A DNA stretch of 64,000 nt from Takakia lepidozioides (taxonomy: Eukaryota > Plantae > Bryophyta), in the NCBI GenBank assembly GCA_030704615.1, contig CM060731.1:22754001-22818000 (forward strand), given 5' to 3'. The translations under genes were made by a program, and so were the position numbers. The notes beneath the pieces are model-generated. The model did no database searches and was not told the origin of the DNA. It was given only the letters and a program-made list of their open reading frames with translations. This document shows positions 41,699 through 53,520 of this stretch, piece after piece (the first letter of the stretch is position 1; each line of letters begins with the position of its first letter).

Positions 41699-44600
41699 AT
41701 GAAAAAAGCAGAGCTAGCTGCAATGATACAAGGTCTAGCACGATCTGTGGGCGCTAAAAGGACAGATTCTCATCAAGATACGGCTATGGAGGAAAGGAAG
41801 TATTGCACACAGTCGGCCTGGCCTGAAAGACTCAGAGAGGGAATCAACAAGAACTCTGCTTACACTTCTGGGGATGTGAGGTTGCTATGTAAGGAAGGAC
41901 GGGTGAAAGAGGCACTACTCATTTTGAACCAACAGCACAATCAGGCAGACTTCAATACTTACGTCACCCTCTTGCAGGAGTGTACTAAAATGAAAGGCCT
42001 GGCAGAGGGAAAGCAGGTGCATGCCCTTATGACCCAAAGTAGATTCAAGCAAAACATCTTTTTACTCAATACCCTTGTCAACATGTATGCTAAGTGTGGA
42101 AATGTGGTGGTTGCCCGTCGAGTGTTTGACAATATGGCTACACGAAATCTGTTTACTTGGAATATAATGATAGCAGGATATGCCAAGCATGGGTGTGCTA
42201 GGGAGGCTTTCGAGATGTATGCACAAATGCACCAGGAAGGAGTGACACCCAGCAAGCTCATATTCATTACCATTGTCAATGCATGTGCCAGCCACGGAGC
42301 CCTGGAAAAGGGCAAGAAAGTCCATGCAGACATCATCAAAGCTGAAACTGTGCTAGATATTATTCTAGAGACTGCCCTTGCAAACATGTATGCTAAATGC
42401 GGGAGCATGAAGGATGCATGTCAGGTATTTGAGAATATGGTGAAACGAGATGTAGTCTCATGGAATGCCATGATAGCTGGATATGCCAGGCATGGGTGTG
42501 GTGCGGAGGGTTTGGAAGTGTATGAGCGAATGCAACGAGAAGGGGTGATGCCAAACAGAGTGACATTTGTTTGTATTCTCAATGCCTGTGCCAGCTTAGG
42601 AGACCTGGAAAAGGGCAAAGGTGTCCATGCAGACATCATGAAAGCTGGTATTGCATTGTATGTAATTTTGGAGACTGCCCTCATTGACATGTATGCCAAA
42701 TGTGGGAGCATGAAGAATGCACGACAAGTGTTTGACTCTATGGCTCAACGAAATGTGGTCTCATGGAATGCCATGATCACAGGATTTACTCTGAATGGGT
42801 GTGGTAGGGAGGCTCTTGTGATGTATGAGCAGATGCATGAGGATGGAGTGACACCCGACAAGGTCACATACATTTGTGTTCTCAATGCGTGTGCCAGCCT
42901 GGCAGCCCTGGGAAAGGGCAAGGAGGTCCATGCTGACATAATCAAAGCTGGAATTGCATCATTTACTAACCTGGAGAATACGATTGTCGACATGTATGCC
43001 AAGTGTGGGAGCATTGAGGATGCACGTCGAGTGTTTGACAATATGACTAAACGAGATGTGGTTTCATGGAATGCCATAATTGCAGGATATGCTCACCATG
43101 GTTGTAGCAGAGAGGCTTTTGAGATGTATGAGCAAATGCAACAAGAAGGGTTGGCACCTGACCAGGTCACTTTCATTTGCATTGTCAATCTGTGTGCCAA
43201 CATGGCAGCCCTAGAAAAGGGCAAAGATGTTCATGCTGACCTCATGAAAGCTGGAATTGCGTCATATATAAATTTGGAGAACGCCGTTCTTAACATGTAT
43301 GCTAGATGCGGGAGCATGAAGGATGCGTGTCATGTGTTCAACAATATGCCTCAAAGAAATGTGGTCTCATGGAGCTCAATGATTGCAGGATATGCTCATC
43401 ATGGATGCAGTAGGGAGGCTTTGGAGATGTACGAGGAAATGAAACAAGAAGGGGTGATGCCCGACAAGGTCACATTTATTTCTGCTCTTAATGCATCTGC
43501 CAGCCTGGCAGCCCTGGCAAAGGGCAAAGAGGTCCATTCTGACATCATCAAGGTTGGAATTGCTTCACATATTAATTTGGAGAATACGCTTATCGACATG
43601 TATGCCAAATGTGGGAGCATGAAGGATGCTTGTCAAGTGTTCGACAAAATGGCTAGCCGAGATGTGGTCTCTTGGAACGCCATAATTGCAGGATATGCTC
43701 AGCATGACTGCAGTAGGGATGCTTTAGCAATGTATGCACGGATGCAACAAGAAGGGGTCACTCCCGACACAGTCACATTCATTTGCATTCTCAGTGCATG
43801 TGCTAGCCTAGGAGCCCTGGAAAAGGGCAAGGAGGTCCATGCTGACATTATCAAAGCTGGAATTGAACCATATGTTAATTTGGACACTGCACTGGTTGAC
43901 ATGTATGCCAAATGCGGGAGCATGAAGGATGCGTGTCAAGTATTTGACAACATGGCTGAACGGAATGTGGTCTCATGGAATGCAATGATTGGTGGATATG
44001 CTGAGCATGGGTGTGGTGAGGCTCTGGAGATGTATGATCAAATGCAACGGGAAGGGGTGAAACCTGATAAGGTCACATTCATTTGCACTCTCAATGCGTG
44101 TGCCAGTTTGGCAGCCCTGGAAAAGGGCAAAGAGGTCCATGCTGACATCATCCAAACTGACATCATGAATGCGGAAATGGTAACATATGTTAATTTGGAG
44201 AATACCCTTCTTAACATGTACGCCAAATGTGGGAGCATGAAGGATGCGCGTCTAGTTTTCAATAATATGGCTCAACGAAGTGTGGTCTCATGGAGCGCAA
44301 TGATTGCAGGATATGGTCAGCATGGGTTTGGTAGGGAGGTCCTCCAGCTATTCGAACAAATGCAACAAGAAGGCTTGCAGCCTAATGGTATTACCTTTAT
44401 TTCTCTTCTCTCTGCGTGTAGCCATGTGGGCCTAGTTGAAGAGGGCCGTCACTACTTTGATTCCATGAGTCGAAATCATGGCATAACTCCTACAGTGGAG
44501 CATTTTTCCTGCATGGTAGACCTCCTTGGTCGGGCAGGTCAATTGGATGAGGCAGAGGACTTTATCAACAAATTGCCGATGGAACCAGGTGCTTCAGTCT

Positions 44601-45205
44601 GGGGGCCCTTGCTGAGTGCCTGCAGAATTCACGGTAATGTGGAGGTAGCAGAACGTATAGCAAAATGCCTTCTCAAATGTGATCCATTGCATGCTCCCAC
44701 TTACGTGCTGCTATCCAACATCTATGCTGCAGCTGGTAGGTGGGATGATAGAGCAAAAGTGAGGAAAATGATGGAGGACAGAGCCATCCGAAAGGTACCA
44801 GGGCGTAGCTGGATCGAGGTGGAAAACCGGGTCCATACATTTGTTGTGGAAGACAAAATGCATCCACGAAGTGAGGAAATCCATGCTGAGCTCAAAAGAT
44901 TGTATGGGCTGATAAAGGAGGCTGGCTACGTGCCTGACATGCGCTTTGTATTGCATGATGTGGAGGAGGAGGAAAAGGAATCTTCTCTTTGCCAGCACAG
45001 TGAGAAGCTAGCCATTGCTTTTGGGCTGATCAGCACACCCCCTGGGACAGCTATTCGTGTGATAAAAAACCTTCGGGTCTGTGGTGACTGCCACACTGCC
45101 ACCAAATTCATCTCAAAGATCGTTGGGCGAGCGGTTGTTGTACGGGATGCCAACCGATTTCACCATTTTCAAAATGGTATTTGTACCTGTGGGGATTACT
45201 GGTGA
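41699..45205 (+). CDS. Intronless PLS-class PPR protein with E1-E2-DYW domain (organellar C-to-U RNA editing factor), 1168 aa
   Basis: About 23 P/L/S motifs plus P2-L2-S2, E1, E2; PG box PGRSWIEV; HSEKLA, CGDCH and a terminal GDYW*. The true start may be a downstream ATG. Confidence 0.97.
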   Translation: MKKAELAAMIQGLARSVGAKRTDSHQDTAMEERKYCTQSAWPERLREGINKNSAYTSGDVRLLCKEGRVKEALLILNQQHNQADFNTYVTLLQECTKMKGLAEGKQVHALMTQSRFKQNIFLLNTLVNMYAKCGNVVVARRVFDNMATRNLFTWNIMIAGYAKHGCAREAFEMYAQMHQEGVTPSKLIFITIVNACASHGALEKGKKVHADIIKAETVLDIILETALANMYAKCGSMKDACQVFENMVKRDVVSWNAMIAGYARHGCGAEGLEVYERMQREGVMPNRVTFVCILNACASLGDLEKGKGVHADIMKAGIALYVILETALIDMYAKCGSMKNARQVFDSMAQRNVVSWNAMITGFTLNGCGREALVMYEQMHEDGVTPDKVTYICVLNACASLAALGKGKEVHADIIKAGIASFTNLENTIVDMYAKCGSIEDARRVFDNMTKRDVVSWNAIIAGYAHHGCSREAFEMYEQMQQEGLAPDQVTFICIVNLCANMAALEKGKDVHADLMKAGIASYINLENAVLNMYARCGSMKDACHVFNNMPQRNVVSWSSMIAGYAHHGCSREALEMYEEMKQEGVMPDKVTFISALNASASLAALAKGKEVHSDIIKVGIASHINLENTLIDMYAKCGSMKDACQVFDKMASRDVVSWNAIIAGYAQHDCSRDALAMYARMQQEGVTPDTVTFICILSACASLGALEKGKEVHADIIKAGIEPYVNLDTALVDMYAKCGSMKDACQVFDNMAERNVVSWNAMIGGYAEHGCGEALEMYDQMQREGVKPDKVTFICTLNACASLAALEKGKEVHADIIQTDIMNAEMVTYVNLENTLLNMYAKCGSMKDARLVFNNMAQRSVVSWSAMIAGYGQHGFGREVLQLFEQMQQEGLQPNGITFISLLSACSHVGLVEEGRHYFDSMSRNHGITPTVEHFSCMVDLLGRAGQLDEAEDFINKLPMEPGASVWGPLLSACRIHGNVEVAERIAKCLLKCDPLHAPTYVLLSNIYAAAGRWDDRAKVRKMMEDRAIRKVPGRSWIEVENRVHTFVVEDKMHPRSEEIHAELKRLYGLIKEAGYVPDMRFVLHDVEEEEKESSLCQHSEKLAIAFGLISTPPGTAIRVIKNLRVCGDCHTATKFISKIVGRAVVVRDANRFHHFQNGICTCGDYW

Positions 45206-46213
45206 GGCAAGAATAATTTTAAGGAATTTGCATGCATCAAGGAAATTGCTTCGCGCAAACACCATGCTTTGTTGGTTCCCTCCATGTATGGCCACTTTAA
45301 ACACATGCCATGAAAGAAGCGGTCAAAAGCATTTTAGCTGTTCATTTCAGGCACTCGCGGGATGAGTATGGGATGATTATGATTATGGGATGATTTCAGA
45401 TCCCCCGGCATCTTCAAGGTTTTAGCCTGAGAAGATGTGGGGAAGGAAAAAAAAAACGACGAGGCCGAAGTCCTTGGGTCCAAGACCAAGGAACCCCTGC
45501 ATGGACTATGGTGTGATTGAAGTTCTCAAATGCCAAATTTTGGGAGGGAATTTGGAGTCCACATGGAGAACTATCCCTTTTTCTTTTGTCATAATATGAA
45601 TTGCAAAGGTAGAATGTGGATGTAGTAGGTAGGGGTGTGTTTACCCGGATCAGCCCTGTGGGAAGTTAGAGCATCATGGGTTATGTACTCTATGAATTTA
45701 CACAAAAGTAGCTGAGCACTTAAACTTTTAAACGACCAGTGGGGTAATTTGACTTTTCCTCGAACCCTAGAGAAAAATGGATATATGTATATATATTATA
45801 TGAATAGGGGTTGGCCCTGGAGAAACTTTATTGAAGATTATTATGGGGAAAAAGTAATCAGTGATGAAAGAACCCACACCTCATTGACTTTTTGAGTTCT
45901 TAAAATTTCAAAAAGTCCCCGGCAACAAATTATCAGGGCTTCATCCCCTTCAGAGTGGGATGTCCCCCTGATGAGGGTGCATTTGTTTCTGCAGTAGCCA
46001 TTGTTGGGTCTTCACAAACCCCTCATGGTGAACTGTGTGAATAGCCCCGCACGCCACAAATCATGAAGATTTCCATGATCCATGAAGATTTCTATATGTA
46101 TGTATGTATTCCACAATTGAGCACTACTTCCCAAAACTCCTATTTTCTGGTCCCAGAGAGACAGTCTCAGTGCCTAGCGACCAACCGAAGAAAGACAGGA
46201 AAGAGAGGGGGAG

Positions 46214-49200
46214 ATGGCAGTGGAGGTGTGCACAGTGGAGTTTGCGTACGATTTAGCATGCCCTTTTGCGTACCTGGGGTCCAAGCAGATCGAAGAAGTG
46301 GCGCTGCGCTGCGGCGCTTCGTTGGTGTGGACACCCGTGCTGCTTGGGGGCCTTTATCATGCTGTCAAAAGAGGTTTTGACTATTTCAGCTGATTTTAGG
46401 ATGCTAGGTTGTCAATGTGTGTTCTCCACTTATTTGCTTATCTGATATTCCTTTTACGAGGCGAGGTTCTCAACTGAGAATGTGGTCTGGATCATGGCTT
46501 CTCCATTGATCAAGTGAAGTTTCGTAATATAAATTGACTGCTTCTGTGTCCTGGGGCGAGCTTGTGGGAACTGTAGCTTGTGGGATTTGAAGGACTAAAA
46601 TTCACAAAATTGTCCAAGTGACTGAGCTAATTCAACTCCAGAAATTCCCACCTGATGTCAGTGAAATTCAATCAAAATGTATCTGGAGACTTGGTATGTA
46701 TGCCTTCTACCTCCCCAGGTCCCAAGCATACTGGTACATTTGGAATATACTAAGGACCAATGCCACTAGAATAATGACATGTTCTTGAGAGGATCCTGCA
46801 CCGCACTACGATAAGAGCGGTAAGTTCATGTCTCCAAATCCTTCAGCTCTGAATTGTACAAGCTGTAGTCCCCCACAGATTCTTCTTTGTGACAAGACAG
46901 TTAGGGGAACAAGATAACGGTAGAGAAGAATCTGCATCAAACAGTTAACACAGCACGAATTGAGGTAGACCCACCAGTCCTGTAGCCCTGCAGGACAACA
47001 TAGACTCCCCTCTTTTCTCTACATCTCTCTCAGCACCTGGATTGTTTGTCCAGAGATAAGCCGTTGGAAAGGAACGAGGATCTGATTTGCAGGAGGGACT
47101 CACCTCAATGCAGTCATGTCCTAGGATTGCGGCACTCCACTACATCTCTTGCCAGCACCTGCCACCAGCATGAAGTGCCAAGTGTGAAGATGAATGGACC
47201 AGAAGACCTCAGGTGTCCCTGGCACAGTATGGAATTTGGGTTGGGTTGAGATGAGACATACATGCACACAAGCTGGAGTTTGTCTGTCCCTGACTCAGCT
47301 AGCTTGTAGGATCCCTGTCAAATAACCCTGACTAAAGTTATTGTGTCAGGTCAGCCATGTTCAACCAAAGCATGCATATTTTTCTTCTTTCTAAGTTTGG
47401 AGCCGAATGCTGCATGTGTGAGGGGGACAGATAAAGCAGGATCAGCCACCGATGGTATGCCTGAAGGAAAGAAATCCATCCTGGCAGCTGATCTCAGGCT
47501 TCAGGTTTTCATCTCTCCCCTTCTGTCCTTTCAAAAGACTTGCAATTGTCCAAGTATCTATCCACTGATTATCCAGCATTTTGAAAGCAACTTTCTTCGC
47601 CCATTCGTTTGGTAATATGCACCTGGCTATAGAAGGGGGTCACCCAGCTTAACAGACTAGATCTTGGCAGGCTCAGCATCTGGGTGTGCCCCTCAAGTCC
47701 AATGATAAGCATCCTGTCCGGACTGTTGCGGCGCTTCGTTTTCTGCTCGCAGCGCCAATCAGCCTACGCCCAGCCCTTACCCATACGCTCTTTCAGGTTC
47801 TCTATCTTCATGGCTTGTCCAAGGTTCCATTTTATTTTGTAGAGCATCGACACGGGTTTTTAAGTTCTTGGTTTGTGAGAGGACCTGAGGTATGGGTGCA
47901 GGCGTACTGGGAGAAGAATGAGGATGTAGCAGATGATGCGGTGCTGTCATGCATAGCCCAGCAATTTCAACTGACACTAGACTTAATGCACAGCAAAGCA
48001 GCAAAAGAGCAGCTTCATCAGAACACTGTATGTATGGTCTACCCCCTGAGTTTCTGAAATATTGTTGATGCCAAAATTACTGATGGCAATTGCATCAACG
48101 AGATAGTTTCCCAGTGCATTTGGAAGATGTGGAGATATCTATTATTGAAGACTTTGAGTGATGCTGTAGGGTATGCTGAACTTCCTACATGTGTCATAGA
48201 TCAGTATCTTCATTCAGATTTGATATGCTGTCTTTATGCAGACACGACTGGCTGAGATGGGTGCTTTTGGTGTGCCCTGCTTCATTGTCAAAGGCCAGTT
48301 ATATTGGGGCCAGGTAAGTTTCTCTTTTGGAAGTACTGTTTATAGCAGCTTAGGTCATAACCAGGTATGCACACAGTGCTCTAGAGTTGGGCTAATTGGT
48401 TTGATAGAAAGAAGAGCAGTACCATATGTATGGTAAATTTTTAGGTTTTTCTTGAGAATGTTTTGGAAATGCATTGCCTTGGTATTGTGTGTGGCTAGTG
48501 CACTTACCTCTTCTTTATACTGCAGCCATGAGCTACAGGCAAATACTGCACTTGTGATTTCTCAACTGTAACTTCAGCATTTACTGACTTCGTCTTTGAT
48601 TGTTGACAAGGAAAAAAGATGGTAATCACACTTAAGTGCCAGTCTTCCTGATCAAAAGGAAGTTGCAAATCGAGCAATTTATGGTTTGTTTGCACGAGCT
48701 GTTGTGTAGAGCAGGACAGGCTTTTTCTGGTGGAGAGGGCACTAGGCAGGACTGCTGCAAAACCAAGACAGATTGTATGGTGAGTTCTGCATTAAATATT
48801 TTGGAACCACATAAGGATGGAGTTAGTGTAACTTACCTGTGCTTGTGTAAGTTTAATGGCTGGAACTACGAATGTAGCAGATAAGGAAGACAGGTGGGCA
48901 TCATTTGTTATGATAGCTTGTGACTGCAAACTGAACACAGATTGGCTTGTCAGGCCACCCTACAAGGGTCCACAACCGCATACGTTGGTGTATCACCATG
49001 ACTTCAGCAGTCCGTGGTCTTTTCTAGCTTCTATCCAGGTTGGCCTTTGTTAGCGCAAAACTTTTGCTTCATCAAAAGTCCTAGCACATTTTTTATAACC
49101 TGCTTATTTGTATCGGTATTTAGGATGCAACCTTTGATTCAAGCATGGCTCATCCACTTTTCTGAGATGATTGATGTTGCCAGTATGCCTCTTTTAAGAT

Positions 49201-51264
49201 GTTCTTTGCTGGCAGGTAGCAGAAGTGGCAAAAGCATGTGGCGCTGTTCTGATTTACAAACCAGTAGGCTTCTCACTACTTGTTGCTATTTGAACTTGAC
49301 TTCCTGTTAGAGGGTCTTTATTCGTTCTTGGGCTTCTTTGGAGATTTATTCGATCTGAGTATGTCAGTAATGATAGATATCTTCTAATGTAGGTGATATA
49401 GTCATTGTTTGCAGACTTGCACATAAGCTGCATGTATGTACGTTTGCAAGTAACTTGGCTATGTTCATTTAACTCAAAGAGTACAAGAGGGTGGTGTTGC
49501 TTTCGTTAGGGCCTCCTGATTGTCTCTAAAGTTGCAGTTCCACGAGAGGAAAATAGATTGTACTCATAAGACGTTGTTTGCCGTAGCCTTGTGGCCATGA
49601 GAGGAAAATAGAGAAGGAATTGTTGAGACTGTGGAACTAGGACAACAAGTTTACCCGTGCATTGCCAGTGCTGACTTGGTTTGCAAAGCATCTGTCAGTT
49701 TCTGCTTGGAGCTGTGTTCAAAGCAATCGGAACACCCATCGAACCGATAAAGGCAGTCTCAGCTCAAAGAGCCTCCTATTCCAGGTTTGCATGTACCTAG
49801 CATGGAACCTGTTGCATCTTTTGGGTGCTTGGGTTACATTATGAATAATTTTCTATCACTCTTCAGATTATATATAAAAGACGTCAGCATGCTTAGGCTT
49901 GAATACAAACAGTTTTGCCAACAAGTTTCTGATGATTATAGCATGCCCGCAGGAAAGATTTCGAAGATTGGTCGACTTATTTGTGTGTGCAAGCCCAGTG
50001 GCCTTCAGTCTTGCCCATTCGCTCGGTAGGTTCTGTGTTGACCATTGCAATTCATGGCAATTTGTATGTGATCCAACAATGTCAGCAGACTTGGCACTAG
50101 TGAGGGCCAGAGGGAGATTGACAATGATTGTGGTGGGGGGGGGATGGTGGACCAGGTCCTAGCTTTGCGAGTGGCTATCTGCAATGTGGATGTGACCAGT
50201 GCCATCTATCATGCTGCTTGGGTGGACAACAAGGAGATAGCACAACCTTCAGTATTGTCTCAGGTGAACAGTGAACTCATTTGGGTTCTGGAATGGGTGG
50301 ACCAGCGTGGCAGTTGCTTGGATTGTACACTATGGCCAAAAGCACATAGATCAAAGTCAAATTTTGTCATGTTGCTGTGGCTAGTCTGATCTGCATCTTG
50401 CGTTGAGTGTCAGCCAAATATCATGGCTGAGTTGTACCGAAACTGTAACTCTATAAAAGGCTAGTTGTATAAGCATATACACATTTGTTTGAGCATGTAT
50501 TTATATAAGAACCGTATCAAGAGCTGATGAAGGAGAAGTCGGTAGCAGCTAGTCACTGCTATGCATGATGGTATACTTGGTGACCCTCCTTACCTCACTT
50601 TTTCATTCCTCACTTTTTCATTCAGTTACCTTTCAAATGCAACTCTGTTGTAAGTTTGTAGACAGTTTGTTTTTAAGACCTAATGCCGTGGTTGTTGAAG
50701 TAGAACTATTAGAAAAATTACCTTCAAAGTATGAATGAGATCATGAGCCAAGGTGCAAGACAATGACTCGAATTTGTCTGGGTCGGTGCTGGAATTGATA
50801 GGTGCTTAAGGAGGCAGGATTCAATGGAGAGGAGTTGTTGCAACAAGCAGATAGCGAACCTGTGAAGCAGGAACTGAGGAGGCTGACTGACGAGGTAAGC
50901 CACTAGTCAGTGGTGAGCTTGTTTGCTAGTATACTTCACTTTGATATGGAAGTAGAAGCAGTGTTGGAAAACAACCCCTGTCACATCAGGAGTCTGGAAG
51001 CATTTAGTTCTGTTCTGGTAAAGATGAGTTTTCAGTTCAATCAATGAATGGGGGTGGCAGCTATTGGAACTGGGTGGCATTGGGGCTCCAACCTTTCAAG
51101 TACTGGATCCCGACGGGCAACAGGTGGCATTGCTATGGGGCCAAGACCGGCTAAATCTTATTTCGGATATGCTTTGCGGCTGGCGCCCTATCCTACCAAA
51201 TGGCAAAGCATGGGTTCAACCCACCTCCAGAACACCAAATATTCCCCTCATATCAAACTTGTGA
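46214..51264 (+). CDS. Tandem two-domain DsbA-family protein (2-hydroxychromene-2-carboxylate isomerase / kappa-class GST-like), multi-exon
   Basis: Domain 1: VEFAYDLACPFAYLGS..WTPVLLGGL..HPVRTVAALR..GAFGVPCF..YWGQDRL. Domain 2: HDFSSPWSFLAS..YKPFLLGAVF..LPIRSVLALR..GIGAPTF..LWGQDRL. Exons could be joined in frame across GT-AG introns. Ends in -SNL*. Confidence 0.9.
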
Positions 51265-51899
51265 GAATTTGATACCTCACTTCAAAAACATATTATGAGT
51301 ACTGTAAAAACCTATTTGTCACTTCAGATTAAAAGTTAGGGGCCTAGTCATGGTATCTTATTGTACTTATGTATCATTACGTATACTTATGTATCTTATT
51401 GTACTTATGAGTGATTGTACTTAAGTGTGATTCACATTAGTATACTGATCCCATAAATATTCCAGTTTGGATTTTTCATGGCCCTTTGTGTACTTAGTGA
51501 GAGCCAGGACTCTACCTGTGGCAGAGCCCATGGTGAGCAAGCTGCTCCATTTGAACATGCGTTTGTGAGCCAACCATTTATAAGGCAGTGTCCAATGAAT
51601 GCCGGTTTGCCACATTCTCCTCCTCACAATCTCGAAGACACATCTCTCTGCTGCAATCGCCATCCTGGTTCATGCAATCGCATCATCCCTCCCCTGCACG
51701 CAATTGTCCTGTGGGGCCACTGTACACACCCCCTCGCACACCCCATTTCCATTTGCTCCTCCTACAAACGGAGGTTTTTCTGACCTTTGGAAATGCCCTG
51801 GACACAGTTGGGGTACTGAGAATACAAAGGTAACAGAAGCATCAGTACCCACGAGGTATGTAGTATGTAAGTGCCTAGTGAGGGTTGTAGCTCTTAGTA

Positions 51900-53520
51900 A
51901 TGTTCAGTTTGCGTGTAATTAGTGCAAGTTACAGGATGGGATTACCCACCTCTTGCAATCCTACACTTCCCAGCGGAGAATGCCCTCCACTCAGGACATT
52001 CTCATATACAACCGATACCCGACGTACCCAACTGCTGGCACTGCTGCAACGGTCAAAACAGTAGGGGCTCCAATCAACGCCGCACCCCCCATTGCTGCAG
52101 ATTGGCAAGCCGCGTACCACGATCCCGCAGCAACACCTACTCCATTTCCTACCGCAATGCTGCACCCAACAATATTCTTGAGTTAGTGCTTGAAATCTTA
52201 TCATCATGTCCAGCATAGTTTTTGGTACAGGTTCACAAAGGGCCTCGAGTGCATCAAGCTCCTTCAATGCTCACGTTCTTCATACAAACTTGTCTTAAGC
52301 TTCATACTCATTATTGCTCGTTGTTGAGGTGGAACGGTTGTGTGACGACTTGTTCTGTACTTCTGACATACTCTCGGTTGATTGGAGCATGCGATAAGGG
52401 CCAAAAGCAAGACCAGACTTACTCCCCAAGTCTGGGTGAGCATGAGTCAGATGCATTGAGTTTTCATGGAAAGCTGAACTTACTTACTTATAGACGAATG
52501 GACTGTAGGCAAGTTTATAGTTACAGACATTGACTACCTCGATGATCCTGTTGAAGGCCAAGGTGGACTTGTAGTTTCTTCCACGGTGAGCTCAGTCACC
52601 TGGACATCCACGCAGCTGCGGTTGATCCAGCGGCGGGGCCTGCAGCGGTGAATCCGATAGTCTGGAGAATAATCGGAGGCCCAACCTTGAGGGCCAAGCC
52701 TGTGACAGCACTTCCCATCACTGTCACAGCACCTCCCCAGGGACTTGTCATCTGCATCGCAAAAATAAGCGCGGCATCAGTTTGAGTTAGTTCTTATTCA
52801 TGAAGAAGAGTGAGGTAGTCACAGGAAGGAAATGAAGGAGAAGGAGAAGAATGAGTATCTCGGGGAGTATCTACGCCTGGACAGTCGCTCCATGAGCATC
52901 CCTTGGGAAAAGGTGCATGTATGGAGCATCTAAATGTACAGATTGTCGACAAATTTAGTAGAAACAGTAGAGCTAGGTAAGCCTTCGACTATACAACAAA
53001 GAGGAAAGCTCGACCTCAGTACTATACTGCAGAGGGAGGTGAAGTAATGAGAGGGTCAGAGTCAGCTAATGACTGTTACTGGCGGCTTGATTAAACTCAC
53101 TGAGTGAGACGTCTAGGAATTAATCCTGCTGAAAAGTCTAGTGATAAAATTACTGGCAATAGACAATCTGACATCTGCCAGGGCATGGTACCCCATGCTG
53201 AGAGTGGACTGTTCCAACACCAAATCTCACTTTTGTGATGGATTGTGGACTCTCCTCCAGCTGAAGTGTGCCACTGAGCTCCTCGTGGTTGGGAGATCTT
53301 CGTCCTCCTTCGTCCTCCATCATTGTCCTTCGTCCCATAGAGAGACTCCAAAACTTCCCAGCAGCCTCCATCATCATCGTCCTCATCATCAGGTTTTACC
53401 CCAGAGACAACGATGTCCCACATCTCCTCCTTCTCCGGAATAGTTTGCACTTTGAACTTCCAGACATCATAGTTGCTTGCTCCATCAAGCTTCGGTGAAA
53501 GAGCTATCAACGTCGGAACT
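51900..53520 (-). mobile_element. Fragmentary Ty1/Copia gag remnant
   Basis: PKLDGASNYDVWKFKVQTI..KEEMWDIV and WEVLESLYG (about 53330-53500); MKELDALEALCEPVP..M....LTQEY (about 52170-52267), typical of the Copia gag N-terminal/UBN2 regions. Confidence 0.7.

Noticed and set aside
41959-45153. Series of repeated minus-strand ORFs (MLPHLAYM...)
   Set aside because: They are antisense shadows of the PPR repeats, not genes.
44780-45205. Possibility of a U-to-C (DYW:KP) editing domain
   Set aside because: The domain has the canonical PG box (PGRSWIEV), HSEKLA and terminal DYW, so it is the C-to-U type.
52860-53045. Possible plus-strand Copia RNase H end and polypurine tract
   Set aside because: The similarity is too weak and no LTR pair or PBS could be identified.
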